Below the pieces are notes generated by a model that saw nothing but the letters and a program-made list of their open reading frames with translations, was not told the DNA's origin and did no database searches. From an uncultured Spirochaetota bacterium (GTDB taxonomy: Bacteria; Spirochaetota; Spirochaetia; SZUA-6; Fen-1364), in the NCBI GenBank assembly GCA_963845535.1, contig CAWJSK010000019.1, positions 64,001-128,000 on the forward strand: a stretch of DNA of 64,000 bases, written 5' to 3'. The translations under genes and the position numbers were made by a program. The first letter of the stretch is position 1. Each line of letters begins with the position of its first letter. Positions 51,936 to 60,725 of this stretch are shown here, one piece after another.

Positions 51936-53141
51936 ATGTGGAAAGTCCTGATTGCTGATGACGAGCCCAAGATCCGACGAGGCCTTCGCGCCACCATCGA
52001 GCAGATCCGCCCCGACATGCAGGTGGTGGCGGAAGCCGAGGACGGTGAAACAGCCCTTGCCCTGGTGCAGAAGGAAAAGCCCGACATCCTCATGATCGAT
52101 GTTCGCATGCCGTTCCTGAACGGCCTTGACCTGATCCAGAAGATCAACGAAGTCTGGCGGGACTGCGTCATCATCGTCGTGTCCGGCCACGACGAGTTCG
52201 AGTATGCGCAGCGGGCCCTCACGCTCCGTGTGTTCGAATACGTGCTGAAACCCGTGCCGCAGGACGTGCTTGCCTCCGTCCTCGACCGCGCGGAGGAGGA
52301 GCTCAGCGCCGTTCGCCGGCGTAACCACTACCTGAGCTGGGCGCATGAGCAGCTTGAGCGCAACATGCCCGTCCTTCGCGAGCAGCTCTTTCGGGACTGG
52401 GTGCGCGGTCGGCTCTCTCCGTCCGAGATCACGGAGCAGGCGGCGTTTCTGGGCATTCCCACCGGGGGGTATCAGGTGATCGCTCTCATCCACGTCATGG
52501 AAAGGATGGCCGCCGCGGATCTGCCGCAGGAGAAAGACAGGCGGATCGAGCTGTTCGCCGTGCGCCGAATTGTGGAGGAGGCGTTCAAGGATTTCCCTCC
52601 CGTCTCGGTGTTCCTCGACGAACAGGATGACGTGGTGGCCTTGACGGGATCACGCGCCAGCCCTGCCTGGGCGCATGCTTTGCAGACCGTGGAGTCGCGC
52701 GCCGCCGGCTCAATCGCGCATTCGATCCTGATCGCGCATGGCTCCATCGCTGAGGGAGCAGAGGGCATCGCGGAGACCTATGAAAGCCTCAGCGCGGAGG
52801 TGGCCAGAAGAAGCGGGCATCGCTCCTTCGTTCTGCTTGCGCAGAACTATGTCGATGCAAACTACGGGAAGCCTGGGCTCACCCTTGAGGAGGTGGCCGG
52901 GGCAGTACAGGTGAGCCCGGGCTATCTGAGCCGGCTCTTGAAGAGGGAGACGGGCTTTTCCTTCGTGGATTACCTCACGCGGGTTCGAATCAACAGGGCG
53001 ATGAGCCTCATGGGTGATCCCGCGGTCAAGGTGTACGAGGTTGCCGAGGCCGTGGGGTACCAGAGCCAGCACTATTTCAGCCGCGCGTTCAAGCGCGTCT
53101 TCGGCCGCTCCCCCGTGGAGTACCGGAAGAGAGGCGCATAA
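51936..53141 (+). CDS. YesN-type response regulator with AraC HTH
   Basis: IADDE, IDVRMP, YVLKP; YLSRLLKRETG, YFSRAFKR. Confidence 0.92.
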   Translation: MWKVLIADDEPKIRRGLRATIEQIRPDMQVVAEAEDGETALALVQKEKPDILMIDVRMPFLNGLDLIQKINEVWRDCVIIVVSGHDEFEYAQRALTLRVFEYVLKPVPQDVLASVLDRAEEELSAVRRRNHYLSWAHEQLERNMPVLREQLFRDWVRGRLSPSEITEQAAFLGIPTGGYQVIALIHVMERMAAADLPQEKDRRIELFAVRRIVEEAFKDFPPVSVFLDEQDDVVALTGSRASPAWAHALQTVESRAAGSIAHSILIAHGSIAEGAEGIAETYESLSAEVARRSGHRSFVLLAQNYVDANYGKPGLTLEEVAGAVQVSPGYLSRLLKRETGFSFVDYLTRVRINRAMSLMGDPAVKVYEVAEAVGYQSQHYFSRAFKRVFGRSPVEYRKRGA

Positions 53142-53142
53142 C

Positions 53143-55005
53143 ATGCACAGGTCATACGCCGCGGGGATTTTCTGCGCGCTCCTGCTTGTCTCTTTGTCCG
53201 CGTGCAGCAAGGACGGCGCCACGGACCAGGCCTACCAGTTCGTGATTGGCGTGTCCCTCGCGAACCTGACCGAGCCGTGGCGGATCAACATGTCTGAGGA
53301 GATCAAGAGCGAGGCGTCTCACTACCCGAACCTCCGCGTGGTGTTCAGCGACGCCGCTGATTCGAACAGCAGGCAGATCCAGGACGTGAAGAAGCTCCTG
53401 GACTGCGGCATAGACCTTCTCATCATCTCTCCCAACGACGCAGAGGCGTTGACCCCTGTCATCGCCCAGGCCTACCGCCGCATTCCGGTCATCCTCCTGG
53501 ACCGCTCGGTGATCGGATATGACTACACGCTGTACATTGGCCCCGACAACAGGCTCATCGGCAAACAGGTGGGCCAGTACGTCGCGGAGCTCCTGGGAAG
53601 CAAGGGGGGCAGAGTCGTTGAGATCCAGGGCAGGTCTGGCTCGCCCCCTACCATTGACCGGACGCTCGGTTTCCGGGAAGCCATCGAGAAGGCCGGCAAC
53701 ATCTCGATTGTCGGCACCATCGTTGCCGACTGGCTGCGCGACAAGGCGGAGGATGAGCTTGCCGCGTGGCTGAAGAAGAACGGGAAGGTGGACGTCATCC
53801 TGGCGCAGAACGACGCAATGGCCTTCGGAGCGTACCGCGCTGCCGCCAGGCTGGGAATCCACGGCATGCGCTTTGTTGGCATCGATGGCCTGCCCGGGCC
53901 CCGCGGCGGGATCGATCTCGTGAAGAGCGGCGTGCTCTCCGCCACCATCACGTGCCCCACGGGCGGCAAGGAGGCTGTCATCTATGCCATGGACATCCTC
54001 CACCATGAGGACGGCATCCCGAAGAAGATGATCCTCAGGACCACCCTGGTAAACGCGAAGACGATCGAGAGCGGCGCGCTTGATCTTCCTTCGCATCCAC
54101 GCCCGCTGGTCACCGACCGGCGGATCGTGCTCGGGTTTGCCCAGACCGGAGCGGAAAGCAACTGGCGCCTGGCAAACACGGAGTCCATCAAGACCGCGGC
54201 GCAGCAGGCAGGGATCGATCTCATCTTCGTTGATTCGGAAGGGAATCCGGAAAAGCAGATCGCCGCCGTCAGGTCGTTCATTGCGCGAAAGGTCGATATC
54301 ATTGCCTTTTCCCCGATCGTCGAGTCCGGGTGGGAACCCGTGCTCCGCGAGGCAAAAGCGGCGGGCATTCCGGTATTCCTGTCTGATCGCACCGTCGACG
54401 TGAAGGACGAGTCGCTCTGGACAACCTTCATGGGCTCGGACTTCGTGGAGGAAGGACGACGCGCCGCGCGGTGGCTGGTCAACTACATGAAGACGGATGC
54501 CCCGGTCAACATCGTGGAGTTGCTGGGAACGATCGGCTCTGCCCCTGAAATCGACCGGACATTCGGGTTCAAGGAGATACTCAAAGACCATCCCAACTAC
54601 CGCATCATCGTTTCGGAGAGCGGCGACTTCGTCCGCGCCAACGGCAAGGTGGTCATGCAGCGGATCCTCAAGGATCTCGCCGCGAAAGGCCAGAAGATGG
54701 ATGTTCTCTTTGCGCACAACGACGACATGGCCATCGGGGCAATCGCGGCCATGGAGGCCGCCGGAATCAAGCCCGGCAAGGACGTTGCGATCGTTTCCGT
54801 AGACGGAATCCGAGATGCCTTCACCGCCATGATAGCCGGCAAGCTCAACGCGTCCATCGAATGCAACCCGCTTCTTGGCCCCCAGCTCATGAAGGCCGTG
54901 AAGGATTACATGGCGGGGAAGGATCTTCCCGTACGGCTCATCACCTCGGAGAGCGTCTACCCCGCCGAGGTGGCGCGCACCATCCTCCCCACTCGTAAGT
55001 ATTAG
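53143..55005 (+). CDS. Lipoprotein with two tandem sugar-binding (class I PBP) domains
   Basis: LSAC lipobox; domain 1 IGVSLAN...AQNDAMA; domain 2 LGFAQTGAESNWR...AHNDDMA...ECNPLLGP. Confidence 0.88.
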   Translation: MHRSYAAGIFCALLLVSLSACSKDGATDQAYQFVIGVSLANLTEPWRINMSEEIKSEASHYPNLRVVFSDAADSNSRQIQDVKKLLDCGIDLLIISPNDAEALTPVIAQAYRRIPVILLDRSVIGYDYTLYIGPDNRLIGKQVGQYVAELLGSKGGRVVEIQGRSGSPPTIDRTLGFREAIEKAGNISIVGTIVADWLRDKAEDELAAWLKKNGKVDVILAQNDAMAFGAYRAAARLGIHGMRFVGIDGLPGPRGGIDLVKSGVLSATITCPTGGKEAVIYAMDILHHEDGIPKKMILRTTLVNAKTIESGALDLPSHPRPLVTDRRIVLGFAQTGAESNWRLANTESIKTAAQQAGIDLIFVDSEGNPEKQIAAVRSFIARKVDIIAFSPIVESGWEPVLREAKAAGIPVFLSDRTVDVKDESLWTTFMGSDFVEEGRRAARWLVNYMKTDAPVNIVELLGTIGSAPEIDRTFGFKEILKDHPNYRIIVSESGDFVRANGKVVMQRILKDLAAKGQKMDVLFAHNDDMAIGAIAAMEAAGIKPGKDVAIVSVDGIRDAFTAMIAGKLNASIECNPLLGPQLMKAVKDYMAGKDLPVRLITSESVYPAEVARTILPTRKY

Positions 55006-55060
55006 TCCTCCCGCGGCCGCTCACCTCCGGCCGCCTTCGCGCAGCCTTCGGTCGCGCTAT

Positions 55061-55117
55061 GCCGAAAAGTGCACAAAATAGCTGAAGCGTCTAAATACCC
55101 CGGCCCATAAGTATGCT
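55061..55117 (+). promoter_or_regulatory. Possible AraC/YesN-activated promoter
   Basis: Imperfect direct repeat GCCGAAAAGTGCACAAA / GCTGAAGCGTCTAAATA where the -35 would be, and TATGCT -10 at 55112. Confidence 0.35.
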
Positions 55118-55165
55118 AAAAACACAGATGGCTCAACTCGCTGCGGTGAGCAAAGGAGTAAAATC

Positions 55166-55804
55166 ATGCGACAGATCCTTCGAGGGGCTATGGTGCTGCT
55201 TCTCCTGATCGCGGTGGCCGGGTCGGGGGCCGCCCAAGCAAAGGCAGGTACCCTGAAGGTCGTGGGGTTGTACTCCGAGACCAGTGACGGCTCCGTGAGC
55301 TACAGGGTCGGCTCCCGCGCGTGGGTTGTCGTCAAAGTAGGGGACACCATTCCCGCCAACGCCGAGATCCTCGTCAATGTGGACAGGGACTGGGTCGAGG
55401 TCACGCCGGCCAACAATCCGAACGCAGTGTATGAGATTCACGGGCCGGACTCGGGGCAGATCATCAAGAAAGTAGCCGAAATCCTGCGGGGCAAGCCAAG
55501 GCTCGTCAGTTTCCCGAAGGCCAGAGGGGCGATGCCCGACCCGAGGTACAAGAACAAATTGGTGGTCACGCAGTACCTGGGCCGACAGGTGTACCTTGCG
55601 AACCCGGATGCTGACGAAAACGACATAAAGTACGGCGATGTATTGGATATCCAGGGAAAAGTGAGGATCATCGCCATCAACAACACCATCAATCTCATGA
55701 ACGCCGAAGGAAAAGTGACTACCGTCATCGGTCCGCTGAACTTCGATGTCGAACAGGTGCTCACGAACAAGCAATTGTACAAGTATCTGAATGTCCCGAA
55801 ATGA
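55166..55804 (+). CDS. Secreted hypothetical protein with two FecR-like beta repeats
   Basis: AAGGAG RBS; signal peptide; WVVVKVGDTI...IHGP and DIKYGDVL...VIGP. Confidence 0.7.
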   Translation: MRQILRGAMVLLLLIAVAGSGAAQAKAGTLKVVGLYSETSDGSVSYRVGSRAWVVVKVGDTIPANAEILVNVDRDWVEVTPANNPNAVYEIHGPDSGQIIKKVAEILRGKPRLVSFPKARGAMPDPRYKNKLVVTQYLGRQVYLANPDADENDIKYGDVLDIQGKVRIIAINNTINLMNAEGKVTTVIGPLNFDVEQVLTNKQLYKYLNVPK

Positions 55805-55948
55805 TCGAGCTGAAGGAGGTCGAAGGCAGGAAAGAGGTTCACGTGCGTCCGTTCCGGGATTCGGGAAGTGAGTTCCAAGGGTTTTCTTCATCCTCGTAAT
55901 GAAGAAAAGAGTGGCACACAAGGCAAGAGTTGTTTCCAAGGAGGTCTT

Positions 55949-56923
55949 ATGAAGCGCTGGGGAAAAATCCTGGCTATCGTGGCCGTGGCCATGATGGTCG
56001 TCTCCGTGTCCGCGATTGCCGCGCCCAAGACATGGGTCGTCGGCTTCTCGCAGATCGGTTCTGAAAGCGAATGGAGAACCGCCGACACCGTTTCCGTCCA
56101 GGATGCGATCACGAATGATCCCACCCTCGTGATGGTGTATTCTGATGCACAGCAGAAACAGGAGAATCAGATCAAGGCGCTGCGCTCATTTATCGCGCGC
56201 AAAGTCAACGTCATCCTCTTCACGGCCCTTGTTGAAACCGGGTACGGACCCGTTCTTCAGGAAGCCCAGAGGGCCCACATTCCCGTCATCATGATCGACC
56301 GGGACGTGGCGAAGGACGACCAGAAATACCGCCTGACCATCATGGGGTCTGATTTCATCAAGGAGGGGGAGAAGGCAGGCCTCTGGCTCGCCAGCTACCT
56401 GAAGGCCAAGGGCATGGATGATGGAACAACGCCGATTGACATCGCAGAGCTCCAGGGGACTACTGGATCCGCTCCCGCAGTTGAAAGAGCGGAAGGCTTC
56501 CGGAACATCTCGAAAGACCATCCCAACTGGCAGATCAAACATTCTCAGGACGGCGATTTCACCTCTTCTCAGGGGAAGCAAGTCATGGAAGCCTTCCTGA
56601 AGGACGACCCGAAGATCCAGGTGCTCTTCGCCCACAATGATCAGATGGCACTCGGCGCCATCCAGGCCATCAAGGAAGCCGGTCTCCAGCCGGGCAAGGA
56701 CATCACCATCATCGGCATGGATGCGGTGAAGGGCATGTTCCAGGCGATCGTCGCCGGCGAAGCGAACGCCACTATTGAATGCAACCCTCTGCTCGGGCCC
56801 CAGGCCGTGCAGGCCATCCATGATCTCAGGGCCGGAAAGAAGCTTCCTGCCCGCATCTGGACGATCGAAAGCCAGTTCGACGCGACGAATGCCGAGGCGG
56901 CACTGCCGACTCGCCAGTACTAG
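55949..56923 (+). CDS. ytfQ: Sugar (galactofuranose/arabinose-type) ABC substrate-binding protein
   Basis: VGFSQIGSESEWR, DAQQKQENQIKALRSFI, ECNPLLGP. Confidence 0.85.
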   Translation: MKRWGKILAIVAVAMMVVSVSAIAAPKTWVVGFSQIGSESEWRTADTVSVQDAITNDPTLVMVYSDAQQKQENQIKALRSFIARKVNVILFTALVETGYGPVLQEAQRAHIPVIMIDRDVAKDDQKYRLTIMGSDFIKEGEKAGLWLASYLKAKGMDDGTTPIDIAELQGTTGSAPAVERAEGFRNISKDHPNWQIKHSQDGDFTSSQGKQVMEAFLKDDPKIQVLFAHNDQMALGAIQAIKEAGLQPGKDITIIGMDAVKGMFQAIVAGEANATIECNPLLGPQAVQAIHDLRAGKKLPARIWTIESQFDATNAEAALPTRQY

Positions 56924-56957
56924 TTTTTCGCTCACTCGATGCCTGATTCAGAACGAT

Positions 56958-56993
56958 GCAGGACCACCGCGGAGTCCTCCGCGGTGGTCCTGC
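56958..56993 (+). terminator. Perfect GC-rich stem-loop between SBP and ATPase genes (mRNA stabiliser or attenuator)
   Basis: GCAGGACCACCGCGGA-GTCC-TCCGCGGTGGTCCTGC. Confidence 0.7.
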
Positions 56994-57105
56994 CTTCAGA
57001 TGGGCTTCATGCGCTTCATGCTGCCATCCCCGCTATTCCGCGGCTCGTGGCGGGAGTTGACGAGGTGATGGGTTTTCTTATCATGTCACGAGAGGAGTCG
57101 CGGAG

Positions 57106-58632
57106 ATGACCGAAGAAACGCCTGTCCTTTCCATGAAAAGGATCACCAAAACTTTTCCGGGCGTGAAAGCCCTTTCCGGTGTGGATTTTCGCCTTTTCAA
57201 GGGAGAGGTTCACGCTATCATGGGCCAGAACGGCGCCGGAAAATCCACTTTGGTGAAGGTGCTCACCGGTGTGCATCCGCAGGATTCTGGCGAGATACTG
57301 CTGGAAGGCAAGCCAATTCATCCGGATTCCCCCCTCGCCGCACAGAAACTGGGAATCAACACAGTGTACCAGGAAGTCAACCTCTGCCCGAACCTGACGG
57401 TAGCGGAAAACATTTTTGCAGGCAGGCAGCCCATACGCTTCGGGAGGATTGACTGGAAGGAGATGACTCGCAAGTCCGAAGAAATCCTGAAAGGGTTGAA
57501 CCTCGTCATCGACGTGACGCAGATCCTCTCCTCCTACTCAATCGCAATTCAACAGCTCGTGGCAATTGCCCGGGTCCTGGATATTTCCTCCAAGATTCTG
57601 ATCCTGGATGAACCGACCTCGAGTCTTGATGAATCCGAAGTGGAACAGCTTTTCAAGGTCATTCGGTCCCTGCGGGACGAGGGACTGGCCATCATCTTTA
57701 TCACGCATTTTCTCGACCAGACGTACCAGATTTCAGACCGGATCACGGTATTGAAAAACGGGGAGTTCATCGGGGAGTTCAAGACCGACACGCTCCCGAA
57801 ATTGGATTTGATCGCCAAGATGCTCGGCAAGGAATTGTCAGAGTTCAGCTACGCCGCGGATAGCGATCAAAGGATCCGGGCGTCCGCAATTGCCGGAAAA
57901 GAAGTCAAGAACGTTCTCACCGTGAAGGATCTCGGACTGCGCGGTTCCATAGCGCCCTTCGATCTCAGCCTGAACGAAGGCGAGGTGCTCGGATTGGCCG
58001 GACTCCTGGGTTCAGGAAGGACCGAAATGGCGCGTCTTATTTTCGGCATTGACGGCGCCAACCAGGGTGAAATCCACGTCAAGGGAAAGAAAACGGGCAT
58101 CAAGTCCCCCCAAAACGCAATGATGGCCGGGATCGGCTTCTGCTCGGAAGACAGGAAGAACGAAGGTATCTTCGCGGACCTCACCGTGCGGGAAAACATC
58201 ATCCTGGCCTTGCAGGCAAAGAACGGAATATTCAAATACATTACGACGAGAAAGCAGCTTGAGATCGCTGATGAAATGATCAAGTCACTGGCAATCGTGA
58301 CTCCCAGCGCGAACAACCGGGCCGGCCAGTTGAGCGGAGGCAACCAGCAGAAGGTGATGCTGGCCAGATGGCTTGCCACGAATCCCATTGTCCTGATCCT
58401 GGATGAGCCCACGCGCGGCATCGATGTCGGAGCCAAGCTGGAAATCATGGAATTGATCCTTTCCCTGAGCAGGAAAGGGATGGGGGTCATGTTCATTTCC
58501 TCGGAGTTCGAGGAAGTGGTCAGATGCAGCAGCCGGATTGCCGTTCTGAAGGACAAGGTAAAGATAGCGGAATTGAACGGAGAGGACATGAACGAGACCC
58601 GCATCATGCGGACGATCGCGGGAGGAAACTGA
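57106..58632 (+). CDS. ytfR: Sugar ABC transporter ATP-binding protein
   Basis: GQNGAGKST, VYQEVNL, LDEPTSSL, LSGGNQQK. Confidence 0.88.
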   Translation: MTEETPVLSMKRITKTFPGVKALSGVDFRLFKGEVHAIMGQNGAGKSTLVKVLTGVHPQDSGEILLEGKPIHPDSPLAAQKLGINTVYQEVNLCPNLTVAENIFAGRQPIRFGRIDWKEMTRKSEEILKGLNLVIDVTQILSSYSIAIQQLVAIARVLDISSKILILDEPTSSLDESEVEQLFKVIRSLRDEGLAIIFITHFLDQTYQISDRITVLKNGEFIGEFKTDTLPKLDLIAKMLGKELSEFSYAADSDQRIRASAIAGKEVKNVLTVKDLGLRGSIAPFDLSLNEGEVLGLAGLLGSGRTEMARLIFGIDGANQGEIHVKGKKTGIKSPQNAMMAGIGFCSEDRKNEGIFADLTVRENIILALQAKNGIFKYITTRKQLEIADEMIKSLAIVTPSANNRAGQLSGGNQQKVMLARWLATNPIVLILDEPTRGIDVGAKLEIMELILSLSRKGMGVMFISSEFEEVVRCSSRIAVLKDKVKIAELNGEDMNETRIMRTIAGGN

Positions 58633-58633
58633 C

Positions 58634-59656
58634 GTGATATCCTGGAGATCTCTTGGCCGCCGCAATATCGTATGGCCCCTTATCGCCCTTGCAGTCCTCT
58701 TGCTTTTCAACCTGTTTTTCACGCCGCATTTCTTTCGCATGGAGATCAAGGAAGGACACCTGTACGGCAACTTGATCGACATCCTGAAAAACGGGGCTCC
58801 CATCATGCTGCTGGCCATCGGCATGACGCTGGTGATCGCCACGCACGGAATCGACATCTCCGTGGGTTCCCTCGTGGCGGTGTCTGCCGGAGCCGTAGCC
58901 ATTCTCATAGGAGGAGATCTGGCCGGCCACCCCAAATACCCCCTCGTGGTGGCCATGCTGGCGGCCCTGGCGGTATGCAGCGCGGCGGGCATGTGGAACG
59001 GGATGCTGGTCTCAAGGATCGGCATGCAGCCCATCATTGCGACGCTGATCCTCTTTGTGGCCGGGCGCGGCATCGCCATGCTGTTCACGAACTCAATGCA
59101 GATCTGGCTGTATGCAAAACCGTTCGCCATCCTGGGGCAGGGCTACGTCGTGGGCCTCCCGTTCGATATCTACATCGTGGCATTCGTTCTGCTCCTGACC
59201 TACGTTTTCACCCGACGGACCGCGGCGGGAATGTTCATCGAGGCGGTGGGAATCAACCCCACGGCGGCCCGTTTCTCCGGAATCAACTCCCGGAACATCA
59301 TCTTCTGGGTGTACACGTTCAGCGGGCTTTGCGCGGGAATTGCCGGGTTGATCGTATGCTCCACCGTCATGAACGCTGACGGCAACAACGCGGGAAAACT
59401 CTTCGAACTGGACGCCATCCTGGCCGTCGTGTTGGGCGGGACCTCCCTCAACGGCGGAAAGTTCTATCTCCTGGGCAGTGTCGTGGGCGCCCTGATCATC
59501 CAGACCCTGACCGTCACCATCTACACGTTCGGCGTCCCCTCCGACGTTGCCCCCGTTGTCAAGGCACTCGTCGTATGGGCTGTCTGCCTTCTGCAGTCCC
59601 CGCGATTCAGGGCGAAGGTTGCGCAGCTCTTTGCGCGGAGGGAGCTGTCCACATGA
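58634..59656 (+). CDS. ytfT: Sugar ABC transporter permease
   Basis: GHLYGNLIDIL, GIDISVG, ADGNNAG...ELDAILAVV. Confidence 0.85.
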   Translation: MISWRSLGRRNIVWPLIALAVLLLFNLFFTPHFFRMEIKEGHLYGNLIDILKNGAPIMLLAIGMTLVIATHGIDISVGSLVAVSAGAVAILIGGDLAGHPKYPLVVAMLAALAVCSAAGMWNGMLVSRIGMQPIIATLILFVAGRGIAMLFTNSMQIWLYAKPFAILGQGYVVGLPFDIYIVAFVLLLTYVFTRRTAAGMFIEAVGINPTAARFSGINSRNIIFWVYTFSGLCAGIAGLIVCSTVMNADGNNAGKLFELDAILAVVLGGTSLNGGKFYLLGSVVGALIIQTLTVTIYTFGVPSDVAPVVKALVVWAVCLLQSPRFRAKVAQLFARRELST

Positions 59657-60666
59657 ACAAGAGACTCTTCGCCGGCGTCAGGAATCTTCCCGTCTTGGTA
59701 ACCCTCGGATTGTTCATCATCATGTTCGGCGTGGGCTCCATCGCGTTTCCCGGGTTCTTTGCCGTTCAGAATTTTCTCAACCTGTTTATCGACAACTCAT
59801 TCCTGCTGATCCTTGCGGTGGGCATGACCTTTGTCATCATATCGGGAGGCATTGACCTTTCCGTCGGGTCCGTGCTCGCCCTGTCCGGGATGGTCACGGC
59901 GAGCCTCCTGGAAAAGGTTCACATGAGCCCGTTGTTCGTGATACCGATCGTGCTCCTCATGGGAACGGCCCTGGGCTTCTTCATGGGCTTCCTGATCCAG
60001 ACCTTCGACCTGCCGCCGTTCATCGTCACTCTTGCCGGGTTATACCTGGCGCGAGGCCTGTGCTACGTCGTCAGCCTTTTCACTATCGCTGTCCGAGACC
60101 CTTTCTTCCGTGCCGCGGCGCATGCACAGGTCAATATCATCGGCGATAATTTCCTTTCCCCAGGAGCCCTGATTGCGATCGCGGTGGTCCTGATAGGGTT
60201 TTTCGTGTCGCGCTATACGAAGTTCGGCCGGACCGTCTACGCCATCGGCGGCAGCGAACAGTCCGCCCTGTTGATGGGGCTGCCGGTCGCGAGAACCAAG
60301 ATTGCGACCTATGCCTTGAGCGGCTTCTGTTCGGCGCTGGGCGGGATCGTCTTTACCTTCTACACGCTCTCCGGATACGGATTGAACGGAAGCGGGATGG
60401 AGCTGGACACCATCGCGGCAGTCGTCATTGGCGGAACACTGCTGACGGGAGGCGTGGGGAATATATTCGGAACCGTCCTCGGCGTTCTTGTCTATGGCAT
60501 CATCCAGGTCCTGATAGTCTTTCAGGGGACGCTCAACTCCTGGTGGACCAGGATCGTGATCGGCTTCCTGGTCTTCGTATTCTGCGTGCTGCAGAGGCTG
60601 TTCGAGCGGGGAAAGAACGTGCGGGTTGCATCAGCCCCTGCCGTGAAGGCGCTGAAAGCAGGGTAG
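59653..60666 (+). CDS. yjfF: Sugar ABC transporter permease
   Basis: NLFIDNSFL, GGIDLSVG, GSEQSALLMGLPV, LNSWWTRI. Confidence 0.88.
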   Translation: MNKRLFAGVRNLPVLVTLGLFIIMFGVGSIAFPGFFAVQNFLNLFIDNSFLLILAVGMTFVIISGGIDLSVGSVLALSGMVTASLLEKVHMSPLFVIPIVLLMGTALGFFMGFLIQTFDLPPFIVTLAGLYLARGLCYVVSLFTIAVRDPFFRAAAHAQVNIIGDNFLSPGALIAIAVVLIGFFVSRYTKFGRTVYAIGGSEQSALLMGLPVARTKIATYALSGFCSALGGIVFTFYTLSGYGLNGSGMELDTIAAVVIGGTLLTGGVGNIFGTVLGVLVYGIIQVLIVFQGTLNSWWTRIVIGFLVFVFCVLQRLFERGKNVRVASAPAVKALKAG

Positions 60667-60725
60667 GAGACGGCGGCCACTGCCGCGGGCCGCCCGGTCG
60701 GCTACCGCGGTGTCCCCCCGCGGGA

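Noticed and set aside
44699..54717. Long minus-strand ORFs (530, 703, 747 and 521 aa) opposite lon, the kinase and the SBP
   Set aside because: Typical antisense ORFs of high-GC coding sequence, fully overlapping confident genes
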